Shown: positions 24,601-36,600 of the stretch, one piece after another
How the letters are laid out: every line of letters begins with the position of its first letter
How positions within the stretch are numbered: the stretch's first letter is position 1
NCBI RefSeq assembly: GCF_021869535.1
Contig: NW_026262581.1
Coordinates: 54,932,001 to 54,996,000 of the forward strand
DNA from: Mytilus californianus
Taxonomy: Eukaryota
Direction: 5' to 3'
DNA length: 64,000 nucleotides
Notes under the pieces: model-generated
The model's database searches: none
What the model was told of the DNA's origin: nothing
Seen by the model: only the letters and a program-made list of their open reading frames with translations
Translations under genes and position numbers: made by a program

Positions 24601-27600
24601 TCATAGAGACAACAATCCGACCAAAGAGCAGAAGATAGCCCAAGGCCACCAATGGATCTTCAACACAGTGAGAAAATTCCACAACCTTAGGCGGGCTTCA
24701 GCTGGCCCCTAAAAATGTTTTCCTGATGTTTATGGTAATTTAACGTCTAGTCTCATCATATTGATGCCTATATATCTATACATGTAGTCTTTTGAAACAT
24801 CTATTGCAAATATCAAAGTTAAGACAATACCCATGTCCATATATAAAAAATTAGAAGATGTGGTATGATTGCCAATGAGACGACAACTCTCCACCAGGTT
24901 GCACTCTGATAAACTATTTATTCCTTCAATCATTTATATAGCTGGCAGTAAAAGTAGTTTTCTGTATATACACAAACTTTTTGTTTTTGAATTTTTTTAA
25001 TATTTTCACAAATGTTATTGAGAAACCTGCATTGACTATCATTTAATGAAAAATACCTAGATTTGATAAGGAATCAATTACAAGTTTAAAGAGATTTGGG
25101 AAAAAATCACTGAAATTTATCAATGATCCCATTAAATGTACAAATTTATTATCAATCTCCAAATTTATACTGGAACTGTAATAACATGAGACATGGGAGA
25201 TGGTAAAGCATAGCACTTGTGTTTATGCAATTTTATATTATGCATTAGATTACCACAAGTAGTGAAGTAAAAAGTAAAGTGTGAGTTTTAATTATTAGGA
25301 TGTTCATTTTCCACTCTTAAAGAAAAGCGACATATATACAACTTAAGTCTCCAAGTTACAATTTGTAATGTAACTTATAAGCATATTATATATGCTGTAT
25401 TTGCAATGATTGATTAATTGATTGATTGATTGTTGGTGTTAAACACCACTTTCAGAACTCTTGGCTTTATCTTGGCAGCAAGTTATTATTGATTGATGAA
25501 GCCATAGTGTCCGACCTTCAAAGTTATTATTGATTGATGAATCCAGAGTCTCTGACCTTCAGTAAGAAAACTGGCAAACCTATTCAATTAGAATTGGAGT
25601 TCAATGTGCAGGGTTCAAACTCACAACCTCAGTGTTGACTGGCTAGTAATACTGTAAATAAACTACTTAGACCAAGGCCCTTATTTGCAAAGAAGATGTT
25701 TGTATGATTTTAATTTCTAAGTCAATATAAAAATAAGGAGATGAGGTATGATTGCCAATGAGACAACTATCCCCCAAAGTCCAAATAAAGTGGATGTAAG
25801 CAATCATAGGCAACCGTACGGTCTTCAACAATGAGAAAAACCCATACTGTATAGTCAATGTCTGTTATAAACCATGTATCTTCTTCTGTAGGTTGGGATT
25901 CAGAAAGTGATTGGAAAGATGTGTTATCTGGAGGAGAGAAACAGAGAATGGGCATGGCTAGGATATTTTATCACAGGTTCGTGACTTATTATATAAGAAT
26001 CTAAAACAGGTGACAGTTCAAGACAAGAAAATGAAGAACAAGATTTCATGTGGTAAAATTTTAACAAAAACAAGGTTTGTTGCTAATTGTCTAGTCTTGC
26101 ACTTTCATTTGTATATCATTATTTTTACTTCCACTGATATCATCAAAATTCACCAAAAACGACATTTGAGAGTTAACAATTTTGACAGAGTGCATTTCAA
26201 AATTTTATCATTATTGAAAAATGCTAGCTTTTAAATGTTAACTATACTTCAAATGGAAAAATCTAAAAATCACCCACTTTTGAAGGTGAGGTGTAACTTT
26301 AGAAGAACTTATTTAACTTTTCTCACAATGGGTAAAACAACATTAAAGACAACAACACCCGTACATTACCTCAAAGTAATGGTTTGTTATGGTCTACATG
26401 TTTCGCTAACAAGGGTGGTGTCTTCAGGACAAGTAATAGTATGAAATGAAACACTGAAGTACAAAACATGCAGTTATGACAGTCATGACAACGTTATTGT
26501 TAAATTGAAAGTGAAAGTAAAGTATAAATAAAGTTATTGATAGAAGAGTTAGTGTTTTCTTGTAGCTGTAAACGATGTGGTTAGTGTCTATTCTGACTGT
26601 GTTGCAATATTCTCCTGCAAGGTTCCTAAGGGTTACGTTATATAGAAAGTGAAAGTGAAAGTAAATGTTAAATTGTCAGTTTCATTTCGCAAATGAACAG
26701 TACTTCACTGATCATTCCGTACCATTTCATTTGGCTTCATTCTCAAGGAGGTACTTCTTCCAATTGTGTTGGGACTATTGTTAGATGTATGGTCATCAAA
26801 GTTGTGGAAATCGTTGTAGATCAGTTACAATTTGAGGATTTGCATAATATCCATGTTTCCAGTTTATTTTCACAACTATGTTGTGTGGTTCCTGTGGTTC
26901 ATTCTGTTTCTGGTTCTCTCTACTTTTTTCTTAACAAGTTCCCCCAAATCTCCATATATTCATAGTCATATTTGTTGTATGGTATTGTTGGGCTGCTGTC
27001 TCATTGATCCCCCTCTTTTCAATTTATTCAGTCATATTTGTTGTAGGGTGTTGTTAGGCTGCTGTCTCATTGATTTTCCTCCTTAAATCTCCATTCATTT
27101 ATAGTCATATTTGTTGCAGGGTTTTGTTGGGCTGCTGTCTCATTGATTTTCCCTTCAAATCTCCATTTATCATAGTCATATTTATGCAGGGTTTTGATGG
27201 GCTGCTGTCTCATTGATTTTCCTCTAAATATCCATTTACTCATAGTCATATATTTCTTGTAGGGTTATTTTTGGCTGCTGTCTCATTGATTCCCCCCAAT
27301 TCCCCATTTATTCATAGTCATATTTGTTGGAGGGTGTTGTTGGCCTTTTGTCTTATTGATTTTCTCCCAAATGTCATTTTTTTTTCAGTCATATTTGTTG
27401 CAGGGTTATGTTAGGCTGCTGTTTCATTCATTTTCCCCCTTATTTCCCTTTATTCATAGCCATATTTTTACATGGTTTTGTTGGTCTGCTGACTCATTGA
27501 TTTTCCTACCTTTATATCAATTTTTCATAGTCATATTTGTTGCATGGTTTTTTTGGCTGCTGTCTCATTGATTTTCCCTTCAAATTCCATTTTCCTTAGT

Positions 27601-30600
27601 CATATTTGTTGCAGGGTTTGTTGGGCTGCCGTCCCATTGATTTTTTTACGACCGCAAAAAATCGGTCGTATATTGGTATGATGTTGGCGTTGGCGTTGTC
27701 ATAGTCGTTGTCCGAAGACACATTGGTTTTCGCACAATAACTTTAGTTTAAGTGAATGGATCTCTATGAAATTTTACCATATGGTTCAATACCACAAAAG
27801 GAAGGTTGGGATTAATTTTTGAGGTTATGGTACCAACAGTTAAGGAAAAAGGGGCCAAAAATAAGCATTTTTGTAACTTCCAGACAATAACTTGTGTTTA
27901 AGTGTATGGATCTCTCTGAAATTAATAATGGGGTCAATTACTTTTGAAAGTAATTAATTACATTCAATTACAATTACAAAATCTTCAATTAAATTACACA
28001 TTACATTTGACTTTTTTTGACAATGTAATTAATTACTTTCCAATTACTTGGCAAATGTAATTAATTACTTCAATTACTTTTGAAAGGAAAATTTCGAACA
28101 TGCATTTATTCTATCATATGTACATAATTATCATACATTGCTTTATAGTAATAACAAATGAGATCTACAGTGACTATTTTCAAATTCAGCAAGTATCAAA
28201 GAAGAGTAAAAGTTAAATATCTGGTGTGTTAAGGTAATAAAGAAAAAACAAACATAAATCTGAAGTGCACATAATACTTTGTCTATCAGGAATCGTTAGG
28301 ACTAGATGTCTGGTTTAATTTAATGCACAAAATGATAAAAAGCTTTATTCAATATTTGGAAAATATTAAATTTTGTTTAATTACCTATTGAAATTTTATG
28401 TTTCAATGTATTTCATTGAAAATGATACAAGAAGAGAGCCCTATAGATAAAATTTTATTTTTTTTATTTTGATCACAACTTATTAAAAATTATTTTTCCT
28501 AAAGAAATGATTTAGAAAGTCTGCCTTTTATTAAAAATATAATGTAGTTTTAATCACAATTAATTGATTTTAAAAAAATCATGTACCTAGGGGTATATTT
28601 ATCTCTCTTTAATTGGCTTAACACCTGTTTAACATGCAAACATATCTGTTGTAAAAACAGTCATTATATAGTTTATGATAGAACAAATAGCCAGAGGTTA
28701 TATTTATTGATTGACTTATGACCTTTCAAATTGATTATGTTAAATCAATGTCTAACAATATCCATCTGAATATACATGTAGGTAACAAGCTAATTAAGGT
28801 ATAAGACAGTGACTTTCTAATGGTTTCTTTTAAACACAAATTATGGCATGTTTCTACAATATTTTTTTTTCTTTTTAATTTTTTGTTCATTCATTACAAA
28901 ATAAAGAATCTTCCATGGTTGTGTAATTCCAGAAGGTATACTGTGTTGGCTTTGATTTGTCAGCTAACTACATTTGCTAAGGTCATGGCTTTTCATAAAT
29001 TTTTGAGAAAAACACAAGATTCAACCTTTCTGATCCCAAATTTCAAATGTAATTGAGTTGTAATTGAAAAGTAATTGTCAATTACAGACAATTTTGGCTT
29101 TGTAATTCATTACTTTCAATTACTTGTAATTGAAAAAATGATCAATTACACATTACATTCAATTACTTGAGAAATTGTAATTAATTACAGCCAATTACAA
29201 TTACATATTTCAATTACCCCATGTCTAGAAATTATACCACAAGTTTCCATACCACAATGGGATGGTTAGGATTGGCTTTGGGGGTTATGGCTCAAACTGT
29301 TTAGGAATTAGGGGCAAAAAAGGGGAAAAACAAGGGTTTCCTGGTTAATGGACAATTTAAAAGCAGTGTAAGGGAGGTAATCCCAAAACAAAATTGTACA
29401 ATGTTGTACAATGTTGGATTACCTCCCTTACACTGCTTTTAAATTATCTATTCAAGTCTTTTATGATGTATTTAAATTGGTAATTATGGTTGCAAACTCC
29501 ATTGGAAATTTGAATTGAGATTATGACCATATCTTGAGGGAAAGAATTTTTTTTGGGGGGGGGGGGGAGGGGGGTGGTCAATTCGCAACAGCATAGTGTA
29601 TTGCATAAAAGCAAAAAATTGAATATAAATTCAAATCATATAACAAATTCTAAGTTCTTTGACTACAGTTATTCGGTGTCAGAAACCTATTATGTGTCAA
29701 ATATTTAATTACAATCCAAATTCAGACCTGTATTAAGCACGAATATTGTGTCCATTTTCGCCCCAACTGTTCATGGTTGGACCTCTGCGGTCGTATCCAG
29801 CTGCGCTCAGCGAAGCATTTTATTTCCTGTTAAATTTATTCATTCATAGTTGTATTTGTTGTATTGTTTTGTTGGTCTGCTGTCTCATTGATTTTCCACA
29901 AATTTCGATTTATTCATATTCATATTTGTTGTAGGGTGTTGTTGGGCTGCTATCTCATTGACCTTCAATTTATTCATAGTATTTTTTTATGGAGATTTTG
30001 ATGATTTGCTATCATGTGACCAGACATTCTTTGAAGATAAAAGGATAATGATAATCAGTCTGCATGGTGTTTTTTTTTATTGAGTTGTAGACAATAAACA
30101 TAATTTGTCTAATTGGGGCTTTATTTCACACAGGTGGGCAACTGAGGTTTTCTGCTTTATCTTGATTAAAGAAAAGCCTCTCGTGTGTATTCTTTTTATT
30201 TTACTTCTTTTGTAAAACAGTTTGACAAATTAGTTATACAAATTGATAGTTCAAATTATATATCATGCATACAAAACAGATTTTATCATGAACAATTCAT
30301 TTAAAAGTCATGTGTCTATTCATATTGATATAATTATACATTTTTTTAATTATATGAAATACAATTTACCCACAACTTGTACAATTTTATTTGAGTGTAT
30401 ATGTATGTCCATTTGTTTAAATAGAGTTTCTTTGATTTTGTTTTTTTTAAAAGAAAGTCAAATTATACATGATTTAGATAAATAAATTCAGTATGGTAGG
30501 GAGAGTAATTTATGATGAATATTTGAGATGAAATTTATAAAGCTGATAAAAGAAAAGAATGAAAAATAACTTGAATTCAAAAATCATGAAAATAAGATAG

Positions 30601-33600
30601 TAATTTGAAAGAATATTTATGATGTAATGTTTTATACTGTTAGAAGTTAAAAATTGAAATCAAAATAAAATTCAATTTTTGCTTGTGAACCACACTATTA
30701 AGTGTGTAAACTGTAATAACACAGTACAACATACCCAATACACTGAGGGTGTAAAATGGAACTAAGTAATTAGACATTGGTAGCATCAGATGACACTGAG
30801 TAATCTTGGTAGTTAGAGATGACACTTAATAACCTTTATAGTGCTTGATGACACTTCGTAACCTTGATAGTGTCAGATAGCCCTTAATAACCTTGTTAGT
30901 GTCAGGTGACATTTTGTAACTTTAAAAGTGTCAGATGACACCTTGTAACCTTAACGCTGCACTCGTTGCTTTGTGCGGATCAAGCACAGCACAAACTTGA
31001 AATAAAAGTCTAGCAAAGTTTGTCTCACCCAATAACTGGTGAGCAATGCCACATAACACTGGTGTACACATGTAAGGAAAATTTGCTTTTAAACTGGCAT
31101 TTGTTATTATTGATTTAAGTTGTCGTAAACAAAATCTGCATGATGTTATGTCTTGTAGATGGTAGTAACATAGGAAGCTGAGGAAATATGCAAATGCTAA
31201 TGGATGATACACTGGATTGTTGTTTGTAACATCTACTTGTAACTCTTGTGGAATTATTGATGACTTCTCATGAAATAGAAGAGGAAAAATTGTTAATGTT
31301 TTATATACTCGATAAATTGTTTCTTTTTTCATCAGATTCAGCTCATGTTTTTGGAAATGATTTAATTTGTCCTCAGTCATGCTTGATATAGTATAAAATT
31401 TCTCATCTGTGTATTTCTGCAATGTATAATTTACTACTGATAATGAGGCAAAGTAATTTTTGTGCACATAGAAGAAAGATGCCAACGTCAGCCATCCTGA
31501 TACTGCATCTGAATTTACACCAATCAATAAATGGCTCAGATCATATTTGTACTTGAAGTATTGCTGTTTGTTTTCTGAGCTATAGTGATGTTTTGAAGCA
31601 TCTAGAGCAAACCTACTTGCTACTGATAAATGTAAAGCAAATAGACCTCTAGATAAACCTGTTTTAGCATTATGTAGAAAATGATATAGTAGACGCATAT
31701 TCTTTATACTTGGAATATAAGAAGATGTTTCTGGTACTATTCTGATAATTCCAAAATATTCCGGGATTTGGAAGGACAGTCTTTGATAATCTTGAAGGGT
31801 CTCAGAAGACTTAAAACAAACAATTCCTTGCTCGTTTAAATTCTTAAGTATGGTGGTTAATTTTTCTTTGTTCATCACATTGAACCGTGTGCAAAAAAAG
31901 TTATTGTCAGGAATAAAATAATGGGGCAAGATTGAATATTTTACACAGTACAGCAGTCTTTGTAAACATGTCATGAAACATGGTATAATATTACCAGGTC
32001 TCCATAAATTTGGGTCTGTTTCTTCTGAAATCCAAAACATTAGTGTTTTCAAGAAGTATGAACACAATAAACCTTTCAAATCTTCATGTTTCTCTACTAT
32101 TTCCTTCAACAAGATTTTTAACAGAGCATAGCATAATAATTGTGTGTGACTGAATGCATATATAAGAAATTTTTCTGCTACAGAAAATGAAATTCGCCAT
32201 TCTAGATTTTCATTTACAGATCCTTTGCAGCCTATTGGCACGAATAACACACCGCAAGATATTATTTTCGAAATGATTTCAGGTGAAGGCCATGTAGTAC
32301 GTGATCTGCTAACCCATGGCTGTGCTTGAAATATCCATTTGTCACATTTAAGGCAAAATGCTATATCCATAACATCATTTATATCAGATACACATGGTCC
32401 ATGAATTTTTGTAAACATTTTTGCTATTTTGGGAGGATAAATAGACAAATGGACCAGTTTATAATTTTCACTAGAAAACATACATTCCAAATGATTTCTT
32501 TGCCACTTGTTTTTGAAATATGGCAGCATATAATGATAATAATTAGGCAGACATAATTGTGTAAAACATGGTAAGGTCTCCTCAGTGTTCATAATCAATG
32601 GAATTGAGGGACCATCAAAAACAGCTTCTTTTTCTGATTGATACACCTTAAAGAAAGGATCAACAGCCATTAGATCAAAATCACTGCTTTTGAAATAAAG
32701 GCCTTCACCTTTACTTCCGCTTGTTATGTGTTTAAAAATATATGTTTGTTCCATATCAATAATAGTTGAAGTTAATCTTCTTATTTTCACAACTTCTTTA
32801 GATCCAATCTTTTTGCAAAGATATTTATAAAAATTCAACGATTCATATTCCTCTGTGGACATTCCAGCCATTTTCTGCATATCTGTCTACAAAATAAATT
32901 AATCCTAGAAAAAAGTAACAACAACTTCTTTATCTTACAATACTGTTTTTTTTTTTTTTTTTTTACTTGGTAAATTTTGGGACTATTATACTAATATATA
33001 TAATATTGATATTAGCATAATAGTCCCAGGTAAATTATATTACTTGGTAAGTTGAGGACTGCCAAAAGAATTCCAACAAGAGTGTTGTCCTGCTGAGACA
33101 AGCAAGTCTGATAAAATAATCCTTACTAGTAGATGAAATAAAAATTGTTAAGAACACAAAGTCTAGCTGTCAGTATAACATTTTAAATTTAGTTGCACAG
33201 ATTTATGCAGGAATCTATGCACATTCCCCATCAATATGGTGGCAAAGTGAAATATCTTCATTGAAAGTGGGAGGTTTAGCTAGCTATTAAATCAGGTTTA
33301 ACCTATCATTTTCTTTGGATAATGCCTGTACCAAGTCAAGAATATGGCAGTTGTTTTTCAATTGTCCTTTGATTGAAAGCATTTGATTTTGACAGCTTTT
33401 ATGGGCTTCCCCTTTTTGAATTTTTGAATGTCTTCAGTGACCATATTCCATTCTGTTCAGCTGAAATTTGAGGACATTTTCACACTAGCCAGATGTAGTT
33501 CAAATAACTTCATTTTTTGGGGGGTGTTTAGCAAGTAAAAGTCAATAATTTTTTTTTAAATCAGAAAATCAATAAAAGGACTGCTTCTGAAGTTAAAGAG

Positions 33601-36600
33601 ATCATCTGAGTTTGATAGGGTTTGACATTAATTTGGTAGATTAGTGAAACATAATTACAGTGCCCCATAATTATGTTCGTGCCCTTCCTTTGATAGATAC
33701 TTACTTTGGATTCATTGATATTCGTTGGATACCAATTTGCATGGATTATGTTGGTACAGGGGAACCACAATTTAAAATGTTCAACGAATTACATATTTTC
33801 TTAGGAATGTACGCAGACTTTGCCAAAACAATGAAATTAAATATCCATGAAAATGCAAGTTTTCATCAATCCACGAAAATTGGTACCGATGAAAATAAAT
33901 GAATCCACAGTAATTAAGCAGGGGCATACTATTCTTTCCAGTAGTGTGTTCTCCATCCTTTTTGTTCAGATGGAAATGTGATATGGTGAGCAGAGCATGG
34001 CTAGTTGTCCCGTAGACACAGTCATATTCTTATATCAAAAAATACTTTGATGTAAATATCCTGGGAAAGGAAAACACCAACACAATTTTACATGAAATTG
34101 ATTTAAATTTCTAAATTTCTTACCTTTAATTCTTTCTCTGCCATTTTCTATAATTACTATTGTCTTCTTCAGTTTTTTGCAGGCTCCATAATGTCAACAA
34201 ACTGTTGAAAACTTTTCTTTTACTATTGTAAACATATTGTTAATCTTTTGAAAGAAAATTACTGATTATATATAGTGACTTTGAAACAAGGAACTGTTAA
34301 AACAATGGAAAGTTTGAAGTTGATGAGAACATAGAAATTGAAACCAAAACTACAGGTTTTTTCATTTTATTTATGAAATAGAAGAATTGAAAAAACAGTC
34401 ATGAGTTATATTTAATAATAGTAGTATCAACATTTCATAAGGAAAAAAACAATTGTTTCTTAATTCTATCTTTTACTTTCTCAATGTAAGTTTCCTTGAA
34501 TTGACTCAGCTACTTGATATGATACGGACATTTACGCCTACTTGTCCTTGAAATCTTCATCATCGAATTGTTACATAATTGGGCATTGAGTATACATACT
34601 AAATGGATTTTTCAAATAAATTTCCAGTTTCAGTTTTACACAAAGTAGCCTAATATTTTTTTAGCTCAAATGGCCTGAGGGGCCTGAGGAATTTTAAATT
34701 TCATAAAAATGTGAAAATTAGCAAATAAAAAAGATATGTAAACAGATAATGTAAAGAGCTCTCTCATGATGGGTTATTAATTTACTTTAAAATTAAGTTT
34801 TTTTGTGATGATGATGTTATTGTTAAATTGAAAGTACTAGTGAAAGTAAAGTATAAATAAAGTTATTAATAGAAGAGTTTTATTGTAGCTGTTAAGGATG
34901 TGGTTAGTGCCTATTCTACCTGTGTTGCATGAATAAATTCAGATAAAATGTAAACACAAATAACAGGATTTTCAGTTATTTAATTTCCTAGTAAAAACTG
35001 AATTTGTTTATCAAAAATAATTTGAGTTCTAATTAATACAGTGGGTCATTAATGATTTACCTCCCATTTTTGTTACAATTGTTGTTCTTGTATAGATTTT
35101 CACTATAGTTTCTACTATGCCTGCATTTTAAAGTTTTTGTAAAATTTTAACTACTCAGCAGTTGATCAACAGCTTGTTTTTTACTTGTTTGAAATAAGTT
35201 TTAGTATGGCTATGATTTAAATGATAGATTAAATTTTTATCTTTTACTAGTATATACTGTAAAGTACCAGTCAAATTTGAAGAATCTTTGATTTTACAAT
35301 TTTTAACCTTGAAAGTACATGATGAATGTTATTACAAGCAAAAGCCATTCATGGATATTGAACAATGATGAAATTGGCATATGTTTATATTTTGACATTT
35401 CAGTTGCTAGTCAAAAGTAATATTTAGCTAATGTTATTTCAGACCACAGTATGCATTACTTGATGAATGTACCAGTGCTGTTTCTATAGATGTAGAAAGT
35501 AAGATATACCAAACAGTCAAGGACAGTGGGATAGTATTACTTACTATCACTCATAGACCTTCATTGTGGTAAGATATAATGTATTTGTACTTATTTCTTT
35601 GTGTAATTATTGTTTGATATTTCAGTGAAGATTATTTCTTTGAAAGTAAATTTACATGTAACTAACAAAAAGGTGGTAATGCAAAAAGTGATAGACTACT
35701 GGTTACTGAAACCCATTTGGATTAATGTGTTTAGAGATGTCATTGTATCAGAGTTTTTCTATTACTTTCCTTAATTCACAAATCATGTTACTTTAAATGA
35801 TTTGTTATAGCTTGACCTAATTTTCTGTTAAATTAGATAGATTTTATTGTATGTGATTATACAAAACTATTCAGCAACATACATGTCATATGCAGTGAAG
35901 ATTATGTGAGAAAGAATTTCTTTCTTGGAATCAAATGTATACCTTAAGTCTAATTATATCCCTACTCAGGTAATAGGTGGTACACTGCATTCACATTGTC
36001 CTTCCTCCTGTACATTCTTCCCTCCATCAGTCTGTTTATTCGAAACTCTTTTTACATATTAATTTCTCTTCTGTATGATAGAATAATTCGGTGTGGAACT
36101 ATATAAGGATGATCATGAGTTGTAACATTTTAGCTATTCTGAGATCTGTCGGACAGTCACTTCCTGTTAAACAATACTTTAAATTTTATTTTACCCTCTG
36201 ACCATGGAATTTTTCTCAGTTTGTGTATCATGGAATGATTTGTTATTTGGCCTGGAATTTTATAAAGTAATGAGTTGTACTGTGAAAGCAGTTTTCATAT
36301 TTCCGATACTTTAATTTTTTTATACCCACTAAGCATGGACTGTTAACTTATTGTCCAATAACAATGGCATATAATTTGCATGTTATCCCTTGCAAATCTT
36401 TGTTTTGGTAGAATGAGCTAGTAACTAAGTTAAATGTACATGTGGTCAAAGTAGATGATCAATATCTTTTATATGCAGATCACTTTGACCAACCGCCATC
36501 AATCTCTCGTTTAAGGAGCTAACTCTAGATTAAGGGACATTACTCCTGAGAATCACAACTTCATTTAGGTCAACCATTTTCATAAATTTATTCCAAACTG

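Noticed and set aside
26940-27645. CRISPR-like look of regularly spaced repeats
   Set aside because: Eukaryotic intron; units are degenerate along their whole length with no unique spacers and no cas genes, so it is a satellite.
32326-32556. Plus-strand 76-aa ORF overlapping the cGLR
   Set aside because: Antisense shadow of the cGLR ORF, with no motifs.
26493-34929. Interpreting the 114-bp direct repeats as LTRs of a retrotransposon carrying the cGLR
   Set aside because: No exact TSD, no PBS after copy A, no polypurine tract before copy B, and no gag/pol remnants between them.
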